A DNA stretch of 64,000 nt, taken from the NCBI GenBank assembly GCA_015680685.1, contig MNCI01000651.1, positions 1,178,001 through 1,242,000 on the forward strand, in the 5' to 3' direction. The DNA comes from Gnetum montanum. Its lineage: Eukaryota; Plantae; Gnetophyta. The position numbers and the translations under genes were made by a program. The notes under the pieces were generated by a model. The model saw only the letters and a program-made list of their open reading frames with translations, made no database searches and had not been told where the DNA came from. Numbering within the stretch: position 1 is the first letter of the stretch; the number at the start of each line of letters is the position of its first letter. Positions 37,398 to 50,952 of this stretch are shown here, piece after piece.

Positions 37398-39049
37398 TTG
37401 AACTTTTGAAAATTTTTGTGAGTTTTGATAAAAAAAAAAGAGTAAAATGGATAGTATGAAAAGTGTAAAGATGATCTAGAGGGTTCTTGATCATAGATGA
37501 TGCTTAGAATATAGGAATTAGTCATTAAAATTATGTCAAGGAAGGAGTTTAGCTAAGGCAAGTCAATTAAGCTTTTAGGAGATGGTTGATCAAAATTGCT
37601 AAATGTATGAACAAATATGAATATGTAGGAAATAACAATGATTATTTAGGTATTTAGGAGGTACAAATGATGTGGAATTGATCATCAAGTATGAAAGAAA
37701 GGAGTTATACAACTAGGTCCTCTCCAAAGTAGGCTCCTACCCTTAATGCTCTTGTATAACTACATCGAAAAGTATTCATAGGCACTCAAGGAGTTAAATG
37801 TAAATCATACTTGTCTTTCAAACATATATATCAGTATTATCTTAATAAAAAAAACTATATTATATAGAGCCATTAAATTATAATTATATATAATATTGAG
37901 GTGAAATGATAGTAGCAAGGATTATAGAAAATGGGACACGAGATGTCTTACCATAAGCATAATGAATCTTTGTTGTAATGCATGATTAAGATTATCATTA
38001 ACCTTTTCATCCAAGATCCAAACCAAGTCTATATCACTTACTAGTGACATTGCATTGTATCATCCCAAAATTGACAATCACAAAACTATCAAATCTGAAG
38101 GAAATATGATCACTTAGTAATGAAGTATAAGAACACAATTTATTAACACAATTTATTTAAAAGGAGACTTGGCCATTGGATAGAGAAGTGTCTTCAGGCA
38201 TGGGCAACATGTGTTTTTAGCTCCATATTCAATGCGAGTCCAAGAAACCTTGAAATTTCTAAGAAGTTACCTATCTTCAAGCATTAGTAACATGTCTTTC
38301 CAGTGGAACCTCCTTAGAAATTTTTAATATATGTATTAGATTATTTCTAGATCAACCTTACCAAAGGACTATCTTCAGGCATGGGTAACATGTTTTTCCT
38401 ATGACATGTTAAGGCAACATTTATTTTAGAACATACTTCCATTTTTTTTCATTAGAACTTAAGTAAATAATACAACTTAATAGTAGGATACAATTCATAG
38501 TAATAGATTTAAGGAATCTACAAATCCCCTTGATGTCACATCCTTTTCATTTCCACTTGGTTCTTCACTTTTCTATCCAAGCATAATGATCACAAGTTTA
38601 TTTTAGTTTTATTGTTAGAAAAATGTCATTATATGCATGGTAAGAACCTCTTATTATTGAAAATGAGTGGTCTTACTATCTATAGAATCAATCATTTAAT
38701 GATTTGATAACATAGGGTGAAATTCTTATTGTTTCAACTACATTTTGTTTATTTTATTACACTTTATTAGAAAGATCAAAAAAAAAAAAAACTATGTACA
38801 TGGAAAATGATAAAAATCATAGAAGAAAGAGAAATGGGTAAGAATGGAAAACCATATAAAGAATTTGAAAGATTTTAAAGAATGAAAAATGATAAGAAAT
38901 GTGAAAAGTTTAAAAGAATAGGAAAGAAATCAAAGAATGCAAAAAATTGGTAAGGAATGTGAAAAGTATATCAAGAATATAAATGAAAGGTTTGGTTCCT
39001 AAGTATAAAAATTGACACCCCCATGACTATTGTCAAAAGTAGTAATTTA

Positions 39050-41640
39050 GAAGATCAAACAGGTAGTGAGTGGTCCATTGTGCAAGGTAGAGTCTATGAA
39101 GTAAGAAAAGTCATGAAATGATTTACTCTATTTAATATTAACAAGGATGAGCCTCTATGGGTCCATTGGATGATAAATTTGCATGGCACCCAATTGATAT
39201 GTGACATGGACAATATAAGATCCTTCCCATAAGGTTGAACTTTGGCTTTTACGAGACATGGTTTGGATTATAGTAAAAGACTTTATCTCCAAGCTTGATT
39301 AATACTTGTCTAATTTTGGTACCATATCTATGTTTGAAATACTTTTTATGGATTTCGTTACTCATTTGAGCTACTAATTGATTTTCATCTAAGAGATTAA
39401 GATTCATTAATCATTCTTTTTGAGCTAAGTCTAACTCTAGGGTAAGTATGTAAGCAATTGTAAGGGTATTAATTTTGCTTGAATTAATAGAGTAGGTAAT
39501 TTTCCATAAACTAATTCATATGGTGAATACGCTGTAGGAAGTTTCCAAGTTGATCAATATGCCCATATAACATCATTAGGTTTAGTATTCTAATCCTTCC
39601 TATATTTACTAATGATTCTAGTTAATATTCCTGTAATTTCGTTGTTAGTTACTTTAGCTTGACCATTCACCTGGGGATGATAAGATGTAGTTAATTTATG
39701 ATTGACCCTAACTTGTTGCATTAACTTCTTGAATGTAGCTCTAGTGGAATGAGTTGTCTAATATTAACATTTGTGGTACTCCAAATTTGTTCACCACATG
39801 TTGTTGAAGAAATTTTGTAACTGTTGTGGCTGTGCAATCTTTAACTGTAGATACTTTTGCTGACTTAGTATAGTAATCAATAGTCACAATAATATAAGAA
39901 TTCTCATTTGATATTGATAGGATGCACCCCATAAAGTTAATTCTCCAAATATTAAAGGGTTCCAATGGTTGTATCCACTCTTGTGGTTCTTTGCTTTTAG
40001 CTCTTAGTCCTCCATCCCTTTGGCATCTCTCATAAAATTGTACAAATTGATGTGGATCCCTGAATATGGTAGGCCAAAAGCAATCTGCCATCATCAATTT
40101 TACTACGGTCCATTATCCTACATAGTGACCACCACATGATTCTTCATGTACATCTTGTAGAACTCTCTGTTGATTCTCTTTTAAAACACATTATTGTATT
40201 AATCCATTTGCACATATCTTATAAAGATTTCTTTTAATTTCCATATACTATTTTACTTTGTAAAGAAACTATTCTTTTTGCTTTCTATCCCATTCAATAG
40301 GAAGTTATTTTGTTGTTAGATATGTCATGTAATCAATAATCCATGATTTGATTGCCAAATCTATAATCATTGCTATCTTTGTAAATAAATTTTCATTAGA
40401 AAATTGGTCTAATAATGATTTTTCATTGTTTTGTAGTTCTCATCTTAATCTTGACAAGTGATCAACTACAACATTTTTAGTTTCTTTCCTGTCGATCATT
40501 GTGATGTCAAATTCTTATAAAATGACAAGTCATCTTATTACTCTTGGACTTGCCACTGGTTTTTTCATTAGAAATTTGATAGCATTGTGGTCAATATGAA
40601 CATAGATAGGATATCTAAGCACATAATGTCTAAAATTTTCAAGTGCATATACCACAACCATAAGCTTCTTTTATGTAGTAGTATAGGTAAGTTGTGCTCC
40701 AGTAATGCTTTAACTAGTACAATGTATGTAATATGGTTAATTTTTATCATCAATTTGAGTCAATAGTTCTTCTAATGCATAATTTGAAGCATCTATCAAA
40801 ATGTGAAAAGGATTAGACTAATTTGAAGCTTGAAGGATTGGTGTCTCAGTTAATTTCTATTTTAGGCTCTGAAATGCTTTCTCACATTATTCTGACCACT
40901 TACATGGTGCATCTTTCTTTATTAGTTCAACAAGAAATTTTGCAATCTTTGAAAAGTTTTCAATGAATCTTCCATAGTACCATATATGGACAAGGAATTA
41001 TTTGATGCCCTTACTTATTTGTAGCCTTTGAGTGATGTTCTAAATGACTCTAATCTTATCTAGATCTACCTTGATTAGTTTATAAGATATTTTATGTGCT
41101 AGGACTATGCCATCTTGGATCATTAAGTGGCTTTTCTACCAATTCAGCTACAAATTTGTTTCAACATATCTTTTCAAAACTTACTCTAATTGCCTAAAAG
41201 TTTGTTTGAAATTAAGCCTGTATGTAGAAAAGTTGTCTATAAACACTTCAATTGCATTACTAGTATGTTTTTAAAAGTTGATGAGGGTAAGTCTTTAGAA
41301 GGTGATGGGAGCATTATATAGGCCAAATGGTATTTGCCTATATGCAAACATTTCCTATAGACACATGAACATCATTTTCTCTTAATCCTTTGATGTAATA
41401 TGGATTTAATTGTGTTCATTATATCCATCTAGGAAGCTATAGTATTGATGTCCTTCAATGGTATCTAGGACTTTAACAAATGACAAAGGGAAATGGCCTT
41501 TGAATATTACCATGTTCAATAATTAGAAATCTATAGAGACCCTTCACTTGTCATCCTTTTTTAGGATAATGACTAATGGGCTAACCCATAGGATGGATGA
41601 ACCTTGCTTTTAATAGCTTTTCTAATTCTTGTTTAATAAT
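39050..41640 (-). pseudogene. pol (RT, RNase H, integrase) of element D
   Basis: FWPTIFRD...CQRDGG...PLEPFNIW; degenerate RH and RT motifs. Confidence 0.85.
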
Positions 41641-42546
41641 TGATGAAGCGCTAAATAGTCGATGCGTTGACTAGGCTATGTATACGGGGCCCCATATACA
41701 TGGCCATATCGATGTAGCCCTGTTGACACATCCGTCTATGCATTGATGTGGCCCCGTTTATGCGAAGCTTGTTTTAGCTTATAAATAAGTGGGCTTATGC
41801 CACACTTGGGTACCTTTTTGACAATTGTAGCGAAGCTCTTGCAGTTCATTTCTGCAAGAGTTAGAATATTTTCTAAGTGCCTGGAGTAGGTGTAAGAAAG
41901 GTGTCTAGCTCTTTATTCGAGCACTAATGTACTTGAGCCCATTGGTGTGAATGGAAATAAAGATGAGCTTTTCAAGCATTCCTTGCAACAATTGGACTTA
42001 GTTATTTGATGCATTTAATAGTTTAATATTTCTATGCTTTGATAATTCCTTAAGTTTTTGTTGTTATTACCTTAATTTCCATCACTCTCTTATAGTTTGT
42101 GAAGACCATAAGTACGACCATCTCGAACATAAACCCAACACTTGGCAACCCAGCGACGCATAATGTCTAGAAACCCACTAGTGGCTAGGGGATGCTCAAG
42201 ATGTGTATGGAAGATGGGATCGGATACTTATGCTAGGAAAAGTTAAGATATAGATTAGGATAACTATAGATTGCATAATATTCCATTCCTTACTTTCTAT
42301 TTCAAGAATTAGCCGCTAGAAGATAAAGTGAAAAAGCCATAAAAATCATTTGTCTCAATCTCACTTAACCATTGCAATCAAAACATCACAAGTGAGGTTG
42401 GAAAGACAATGATCATTTTAACCTAAGGTTTTTCTAGTTAGGCTCTAGTGTATGAAAAGTGCTTACAGTCTATGGAATTCGACCAAGTCATGTGTGAACA
42501 CCTGTGATTTGCATGGTTGGGTATAAGGGTACCTAGCCACTCATCA
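41641..42546 (+). repeat. 5' LTR of element B
   Basis: TG...CA termini; U3 with GTATAC/GTCGAC-type palindromes; TATAAAT near 41780. Confidence 0.92.
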
Positions 42547-42547
42547 T

Positions 42548-42565
42548 TGGTGCCGTTTCCAGGCA
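42548..42565 (+). other. PBS (tRNA-Asp type) of element B
   Basis: TGGTGCCGTTTCCAGG, 1 nt after the LTR end. Confidence 0.8.
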
Positions 42566-42704
42566 CTGTTAGTCTTACATGTAACCTTAGGAAAATTATC
42601 ATTCATGTCATGGGAACGGACCTAGGATAGTAAAATCTATGCACACTAGGCGGCCTAAGTAAAAAAGTAAGGTACACCAATTAGTGGATTATCTAACATC
42701 CAAC

Positions 42705-45700
42705 ATGTCTTCTTCTCACAGGCAAGATGGATCCAACCCACCAATGCCACAAGAATGTCAGGTGGTATACACGCATCTAGATGAATATGTCCCAAACTTC
42801 AACTTTATCCTACATTAGGATGAGCATTTGCACTGGCGGGACATGGAAGGCAACATCATACTACTGCCTGACCGATCAACTCCTGGAATGTTGTTTCAGA
42901 ATCTTGCCTGACTCGGCATTCAGGACTATGATGTGGAGTACGTCATGGAGGATCATGACTATTGGGGCTATCGTCCCACTGAGGCCCAACATGTACGAGA
43001 CCAATAGCAAGAAGAATGGTATGAACACATGAAGGGGCATTAGTTCAGTAACCCCTTATTCTTGTAAGGGTTGTAGGACGATGGGGAACCTATATTTTAT
43101 GATTCCCATTTGGCCAAACTTTCAGTGGGGCATCAGATCATTCAGTCCATCATTCAAAACAAGAAATCAAGTGATTGGGACCCCTAGGAGGATGGAGGAT
43201 CACGTAGGAGAGGTCATGGAATAAGCAGAGATGGGCATGAAGATTGGGACTATCATTAAAGTAGAGGGGGAGATCAACGTCGAGGTGGTGGTGATTCTTC
43301 TCCCTCTTCTCCATCCTTTCGCTCCCCTCTACCTTCATCCAGTTCCAACTCAGATTGGGACTACGGTAGAAAGGAGCGAGGTGATGGTGGTCGTAGGGAC
43401 CAAAGGGAATGACGTGAGGGAGTGCGTGAACAATGACACGAGCCTCACCATCAAGAAAGGAGATGTAGCTAGAATCGTCATAGAAATCATGGCCTTCAGT
43501 AGGACTATGACTTGGATGAACTATTGTTGGCTACTCGAAGCATGCTCCATATCATAGAGGTAGTTCAAATACCCAATAAGGACTTGAAGGATAGCCAGAT
43601 CAAGCGCATTGACATGAAAAATATTCCTAGATTTGAAGGGGGATATAATTGTGATATGCAAACTCACCTACAAGCATTTCATGATGCTTGCACCCTGCAG
43701 AACATCAATAATGATTGGCAAAAGTTGAAGCTATTTCCTCGCACACTCATCAAAGAAGCAAAAAGCTAGTATCGATCTTTGGAATCGGAATCAATTAGGA
43801 GATGAAGTACAATGCTGGAGATCTTCAATGACAAGTATCAAACCTACTCTAGAGTGGCGAACCTGAGATGCCAAATCCAAGGGTGGAAGTAAGGTATTCA
43901 TAAACCCTTAGATGCAACCATGAGCAGATACTACTCACTGTTGCATTAATTCCCTGATCATGGCTATTCTCAGTGGGCACAACTTTGCCATATCATTGAT
44001 GGGCTCTGCTTTGAAACTAGAAAGACCCTTGGTGTGTACACGTAAGGATAGCTATCAGAACTAAGAGCCCATCAACTATAGCACCTAATTGAGCAAGTGG
44101 ATAAAGAAGAGAGGGAACTTAGAAAGAAGGAGAGTGTAGAGGAGTTTAATTGGGATCCCTCCATTAGAAAGAGGAAGGTCCAATTTTGTGAAGATGAGGA
44201 GGAATCACCATTGGATGCAGCAGTGAACTAAAAAACCTTTCCCCTACAAAAATTTTCCTCTAAAATATTGCTAACGTGGATAAGATGTGGGACTCTTTGG
44301 ACGAAAAATTTCAAAGTGTTCTGAAAATTGCAGAGGAGTCCAAAGAGCAAGGTAATGATCGTGATCGGCATAGGAAGAAGAAAGCTGAACGTGCCTACCA
44401 TAAAGGTAAGGGCAAAGTTGCTATAGCAGAATAGGTTACGGACTTTGATACAGAGGAAGATGATGAATGTAACATATGCCAATACAAACATCCTAATGGG
44501 TGTTATCTTGTGGTGTCACATCTATAAGAGTCTAGGGTGTATGCATTGAATCCTCGTTTGGAAAAGAGGCAAACTCCCCAAAGGTTGTCTTACCCACAAG
44601 GCAACCCCAGGCAGTTCCACCAGTAGTAAGGATATTATCCAAGTGGAATGCCACCACAACCTTATGAATACTTTCAGCAATGGCAGCACCCACAAGCATG
44701 GGAAATGCCACCTCCAAGGTAGCAGTACCCTTATCGACATCCAAATCCCTATGGGTACTACGTTCAGCAACTAGTCTCCCTGTGGGACTCTTCCAGTCAC
44801 GCAACCTTTCAGAATTACTACCATCCCCATAATATTTCTGACCATAGTCTTCATCACCTAGGGGAGGCCAACATCTCTACTATCCTTTATCACCTTCTCC
44901 TGAAGGCCCTACTTAGCAACACCCCACTCAGTTACCACCTGCTTCACCTATGTAGGGGGAGATACCACCACAACCACAACAATGCAATGCTACGAGGGCT
45001 GTTAACCTACAATTGGCTTCTCAACCGAATGGACAGGAAGCCAAGCCATGGAAATGTCCCTTTTCTCGGCCTAATAACCTAAGCATACCCTCACATGCAC
45101 TTGTGGCTAGTGCCTCTAAACCTCAAAATGCCTCCACTGTTATACCCTTCGAGTAGCCTTCAAACTAAATGCCCTCCAACGTACAAACAATCATGCTCAC
45201 ACACGCCATGACCAACTGGATAAAATTAGATCATCTTCCTTGAAAATTGACTGATCTGGGAAGCCCCCTCATCTATCTTCAGGTGGCAAGGAATGAGCCA
45301 TGTAAAGCTCTTCTAGATTTGGGGTTGAGAGTCAACTTAATTTTACATGACATGTACAAGACTTGGAACTTGCCTCCATTAAAGAAGAGCAACATTTGGC
45401 TTGAGCTGGCAGACCAATCCATTACTGTTCCCTTAGGATTGGTAGAGGACATTGTGACCACCATTTGTGGGTGGTCCTATCTTGCTGATTTCCTTGTCAT
45501 TCATGTTGAGAATTACAAGGAAAACTTTCCAATCATAATGGGAAGAGCTTGGTTGAGCATGGTGGATGCAAGATTGAGACTCTAAGATCTTTTTCTTAAA
45601 ATTTCAAAGGAAAATACTTTTTGAAAGACTGAGAAGAAGTGCATTCCATGCATCGCGTACAGTGACTCCAAGTGCAACTATGTGCAGCAGCTATGGTCCG

Positions 45701-48700
45701 CTTAGCGGACATCTATCCAAGCATGCAGTTGGTGTATTGAGGAATCGCAAGTTCAAAAATGCTTGTACATAGCAGCCACAAATCAAGAAGGCACCCAGTG
45801 GCTAACTGCTGATCCTACTAGCAGAACTTTGTGCATCGAACCATCTGAGGGGCTTGTATGTGCCTATGTAGAAAGCATGGATGATTTGGAAGAGGTTCAT
45901 CAACAAGTATCCACTATTGATGACCTTGATGATTGGGGAAAGTTGCAAATCCATGAAAGTTTTAAACTAGAGCCCTTGGAACTCAAACCCTTACTAGCCC
46001 ACTTAGAATATGCATTTTTGCAGAATGGGAAACCAGTGATTATCAGTGCCACCCTTGCTTCTGAATAGAAGAAGAAGTTGCTGAAGGTGGTGAACAAATG
46101 GGAAGCTACTTTTGCATGGTCATATTCTAAATTAACAGGAGTTGATCCTAGGGTTTGCCAACATCAAATTTATATTGACCCCTCCATGAAGCCACGACGA
46201 TAACCACAAAGGTAATTGAACCCCAAACTAAAGTAAGTTATCAAAGATGAAATTGAGTAGTTGCTGAAAGCAGGGTTCATCTATTCCATTGCTGATAGCG
46301 AATGGGTCAGCCCACTCATTATTCTACCAAAGAAGGATGGAAAATGGAGGGTTTGTATAGATTTTCAATTGCTCAACATGGCTACCTTCAAAGATCACTT
46401 CCCATTCCCATTCATGGACTAGATGTTGGATACCATTACGGGGCATCGTTATTATAGCTTTTTGGATGGCTATAGAGGCTATAACCAAATCCAAATCGTG
46501 CCAAAAGACCAGGCCAAGATAACCTTCACAAGTTCCTAGGGGAAATTTTTCATACAAAAAGATGTCCTTTGGCCTGTGTAATGCACCTGCCACTTTCCAA
46601 CGCCTTGTCCTCAACATCTTCTAGCAAAAAATTGGAAATGGGGTAGAAGTCTTCATGGATGAATTCTCTACCTATGAAGCCATGTTTGGTCAAGCCTTGG
46701 ATAGCCTTGAGCAAGTTTTGAAAGGATGTGTGGAAACTAATCTATGGCTCAACTGGCAGAAAAGCCACTTAATGATCCAAGAGGGCATTATGCTAGGGCA
46801 CCGTATTTTACAAACAAGGATTAACATGGATCCTGAAAAAATCAAGGTCATCCAAGGAATTACCAGGTAGCCAAGCACTGTAAAAGATGTTCAGTTATTC
46901 CTTGGCCACATTGGTTACTATCGACGCTTCATTGAAAATTTCTCGAAGATCGCCAAGCCATTGGTGGAACTCATGAAGAAAGATGCTTTATTTGTCTGGA
47001 CCAAGGAATGTGAATCTTCATTCAAACACTTAAATAGAAACTCGTAGAGGCCCTAGTTCTATGAGCACCTGATTGGTCCAGACCCTTCCACATCATGACG
47101 GATGCATGCAATTATGTATTGGGAGTCGTGTTCACATATTGGGATATTAAAAAACGCTCATACTATATTCACTATGCAAGTCGTAGCATTGTGGGTGGTC
47201 AACTTAACTACACCACCATTGAAAAAGAGTTGATGGTGGTGGTGTTCGCCTTGGAAAAATTTTGACACTATGTGCTCAGGTACAAGGTGTTTGTGCATAC
47301 TGACCATAGTTCCATCTGGTTCCTAATGAACAAACCAATGATGAGCCCCCGTATCATATGGTGGCTGGTGATTCTTCAAGAGTTTGACCTCACTATGGTA
47401 GATCAGAATGGAATTGAGAATGTGGCCACTGACCACTTGTCTTGGTTGCGATGGAATAATGCAAAAGAGGAGGAGCCACTCTCTGACCAATTCCTAGATG
47501 AAATCCTCTTCGTGGGAGCGGTCGATACGCAGGTGCCCAAAGAATAACCTTGGTCCAACCATATCCTCACCTATCTCACAACTCAGGAATTGCCAAAGGA
47601 GTGGGACCACCAACAAAAAGAATAGTTTTTCCATAAGGCCAAGTGCTTCATGGAAATAAATGGTCACCTTTACAAGGTGTGTGCAGATGGCCTAATTAGA
47701 TGGTGTGTCCTTGATGATGATACACTACGCATCCTCTAAAATGCTCACGAGGGCCCTTTTGGGGGCCACTATGTTAGATGACGCATGACCATTAAGATCC
47801 TACTTGTAGGATATTACTAGCCTACAATTTTCAAGGATGCAAAATGGTTTGCCCACTCCTATGAACGATGCCAGAGAGACAGTGGGATGACTGCACGAAT
47901 GGGGGAACCTTAATAGTGGATCCAACTGTTGGAGTCCTTCAACATTTGGGGCATCGAGTTCATGGGTCCAATCACATCCCTGTCTAACGGAAAGGGATAC
48001 ATCATCGTGGATATGGGCTACTGCACAAAGTGGGTAGAGGCGGCAGCCGTTATCAACTGTTCCTTAAACACTATCGCACAATTTGTCCAACCACAAATCA
48101 TCAATAGGTTTGAAGTGCCACGTGCACTCATCTCAAACAATGGAATGCATTTCATAGGTGTCACTTTTCGTAAACTCATGCAACACTTGGGGGTTACCCA
48201 TAAGTTTACAACACCTTATCACCCCCAAGCCAATGGGCAGGCCGAAGTTACCAATAGGGAGATCACCAAAATCCTTACTCGAACCATAAATAAATATAGG
48301 AGGGATTGGAGCACCAAAATTAATGATGCCCTCTGGGCCTACTTCTCTACTTGGAAACTTCCTATAGGTTACTCTCCCTATGAGTTAGTGTACAATAAGC
48401 TATTGAAACTTCCAATTCAAGCAAAACTCTGGACACTATCTACAACCTGTGACTTGGGTCTTGACCTACCACTAGCACAACATGAATGACTTATCAACCT
48501 AACTATGCTAAATGAGAATCAATTGGTGGCCCTGTCATCAAATGAGATACACAAGGCCTACAATAAAAAATTTCATGATCTTAGGATTCGGAAGGTAACA
48601 TTTAGATGTGGAGATAAGGTCCTTTATTGGAACCCCACACACATACCACAACCAACCAAGTTTCAAACACTATGGGGGGGACCTTACATTATCTCCGAAA

Positions 48701-48900
48701 CCTTTTCATCTGGGGCCTTACTTATACAAAAACCTGAGGATCCCATGAGAACACAGTTGGTCAATAGGCAATAATTAAAACTTTTCTATGATCCCCACTA
48801 AACTAGTCCTACTGCATCATCATCACAAGGACAGGATCCTTCCATTTTTTTGCATCTCCTCCTTCCAGCCTAGTCGTGGGGGAGATCGTTGTCCATGCTA
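42705..48900 (+). pseudogene. gag-pol of element B (many stops)
   Basis: MSSSH start shared with element C; gag IPRFEGGY...KLKLFPRTL; PR ALLDLG; RT KDHFPFPF, VFMDEFS; RH; IN TPYHPQANGQAEVTNREI. Confidence 0.93.
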
Positions 48901-50118
48901 ATCCATTCTACTAAGATCCCCACTATTTTTGGAACTTTTTGTTTTTCACTTTTTTGTTTTTCAACATTGTTCATACGTTTGCCAATTCTTACTAAGTTCT
49001 TCATTCTTTAATTACTTTTCCATTTCTTTGTTGCTTACTTATCTGTGTTTGTTTCATTTCCAGTTGGTTGCTAATACATCATCTTATTTTCATCAGGTGT
49101 ATGGTGCGGATGGTTTTTGTTGCGATGGGTCACGTGAAAAGGTCCACCTATTTTATCTCACTCTTGCCCTCACATTATTGTTCTTGGAATTTACGTCTAC
49201 TTTCATCTCATAAAATCAACAGTGAGTCGACATCATCCACCTATTCATCCACTCCATGGTTTTCCTCCCTTTGGAAACATGCAAACCCCTTTACTTAAGA
49301 ATATTTTAATTAATGTGTGACTTGTGTAGTTTCCAGACTCGGGGATGATCCAATGGTTTGAATCGGGTGTGATTTCAAGGGGAATGCAAAATTCATCGTC
49401 CTCTTCTATCCCTTGAGTTGTAGAAGTGCCTTTACAGATTTCTTACCACTCCAAGTTCTTTTCTACAAGGAATCTCGTTAGCAATTTGACCTTGAATGGT
49501 GTGGTCCTCATCGCAAAAACACAAAAAAAACGTGAGGATTCAAAGCACACCACTTGGTCGAATGCATGCAACCAAGCATGGGTCTTTGCATGGTGTGGTT
49601 CCCACAAAATCAAACTAAAAACAAAAATAAAGTCCTAACTATGTGGGAATTCAAAGCACACCCCTTAGACTGCCTCTCATGGGCCACAAGCACTAGTTAT
49701 GGGACTCGCTTCATCCCCTCTAACTTAGTCTCGATGCACTTCCTTCCTCTCATGTCTGTTAGAGTGGTGGTTCTCTGTGGGTGCATTCTTATACACTTGG
49801 GGGGTGGACAAGTCTTCATATGTTGCTGCAATGTCATTGTATGTGGTTGGTTTTGGGTTTGAACTCGGGAAAGGTCCTACTGAGTCACTTAACCACAACT
49901 TCACATGGGGTTTCATGTGATCGATAATTGGAATTTCAATTCTCTCTTCTCTCTCATCATCCATTTCTCTCCATGACTCACCTCACTTCCTATCTTATGT
50001 TTTGATAGTTTGTCATGATTTCCATGAACTCCTCATGCTTCAGCAAGTTCTCATGGATGGGAGTATTAACTTGCAATCATCATTTCTTGACCCTAGGACC
50101 CACGAACTCTAGTGTTGA

Positions 50119-50177
50119 GGATATGCAAGGGCTATTGCAGCTACCGCTTGCTATGGGGAGGACCTACTTGCATATCC
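50119..50177 (+). other. Conserved stem-loop (11-bp stem, 37-nt loop) in the post-pol spacer
   Basis: GGATATGCAAG / CTTGCATATCC. Homologues with different stem sequences at 18154-18208, 20518-20574, 31788-31840 and 37703-37761. Confidence 0.75.
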
Positions 50178-50429
50178 CTAGTCCCATTTGTTAGTCTTTC
50201 ATCCTCTTGATTTTGTTGGTGGATTGTTTTCATGATACCCATCGCTCGACTTCTTCTCCGCAGAGTTCTTTTTCACCACATTCTTCTACTTTTGACTCCC
50301 TTTTTTGTTCACTTACCTTCCTCTTTCTCTTGGCCATGTTCCTGGTCTCTCCAACTCTACAACCACCCCAATTTGGCATTTTAAATCCATTTTTGGGCTT
50401 TTATCAGGCTAGTTAATGCTGGTCAATGG

Positions 50430-50952
50430 GTGCAACCCCTTGCGTATACGTGGCCTTGTATACGTAGCCCCCCTGCATATACACGACCCCATCAACGTAG
50501 CCATAAACCTCTATATATACCCCCATCATGTGTTACATTTTCATTAATTTTACACACAAATTGGGTAGAGATTTTTCATTTTTCTACCTCGCCTCTTCTT
50601 CCAAGCACTTACATTGTCTACCGCGCATCCTAATCAACCTATCCTTTCCTTCTTTAGAAATTGAAGGTATGCTCTCAATCGTGGGGGGTGAGGTCTATTC
50701 AAATTAATTAATTACTTACAATTACAATCAATAAATACTTAACACCTCTTAAGGGAAGAAACAAAAACAACAGTTTAAACTCCAACTCATGCCTATTGTT
50801 TTTTGGTTCTAACCGCCCATCAATTACTACTCCAAGAAGTTTAATGGGATGCACGTGATAGCACCATAACTTAGTCAAAATGAGAAGGTGTATGAGGGCC
50901 ATTTTGAGCAATTTTTTATACAATATTAATTAGTAGTTATGTTTTATTGTAG
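50430..50952 (+). promoter_or_regulatory. Internal promoter + leader intron of element B accessory ORF
   Basis: LTR-like GTATAC/GGCC cluster at 50441-50503, CTATATATA at 50511, donor AAG|GTATGC at 50667, acceptor ttttattgtAG|ATG at 50952. Confidence 0.62.

Noticed and set aside
38192-38401. Hammerhead ribozyme or CRISPR reading of the 29-nt repeats (CTGAAGA and GAAA occur on the element strand)
   Set aside because: Stems I-III and the cleavage triplet cannot be built canonically. The context is a eukaryotic transposon with no cas genes.
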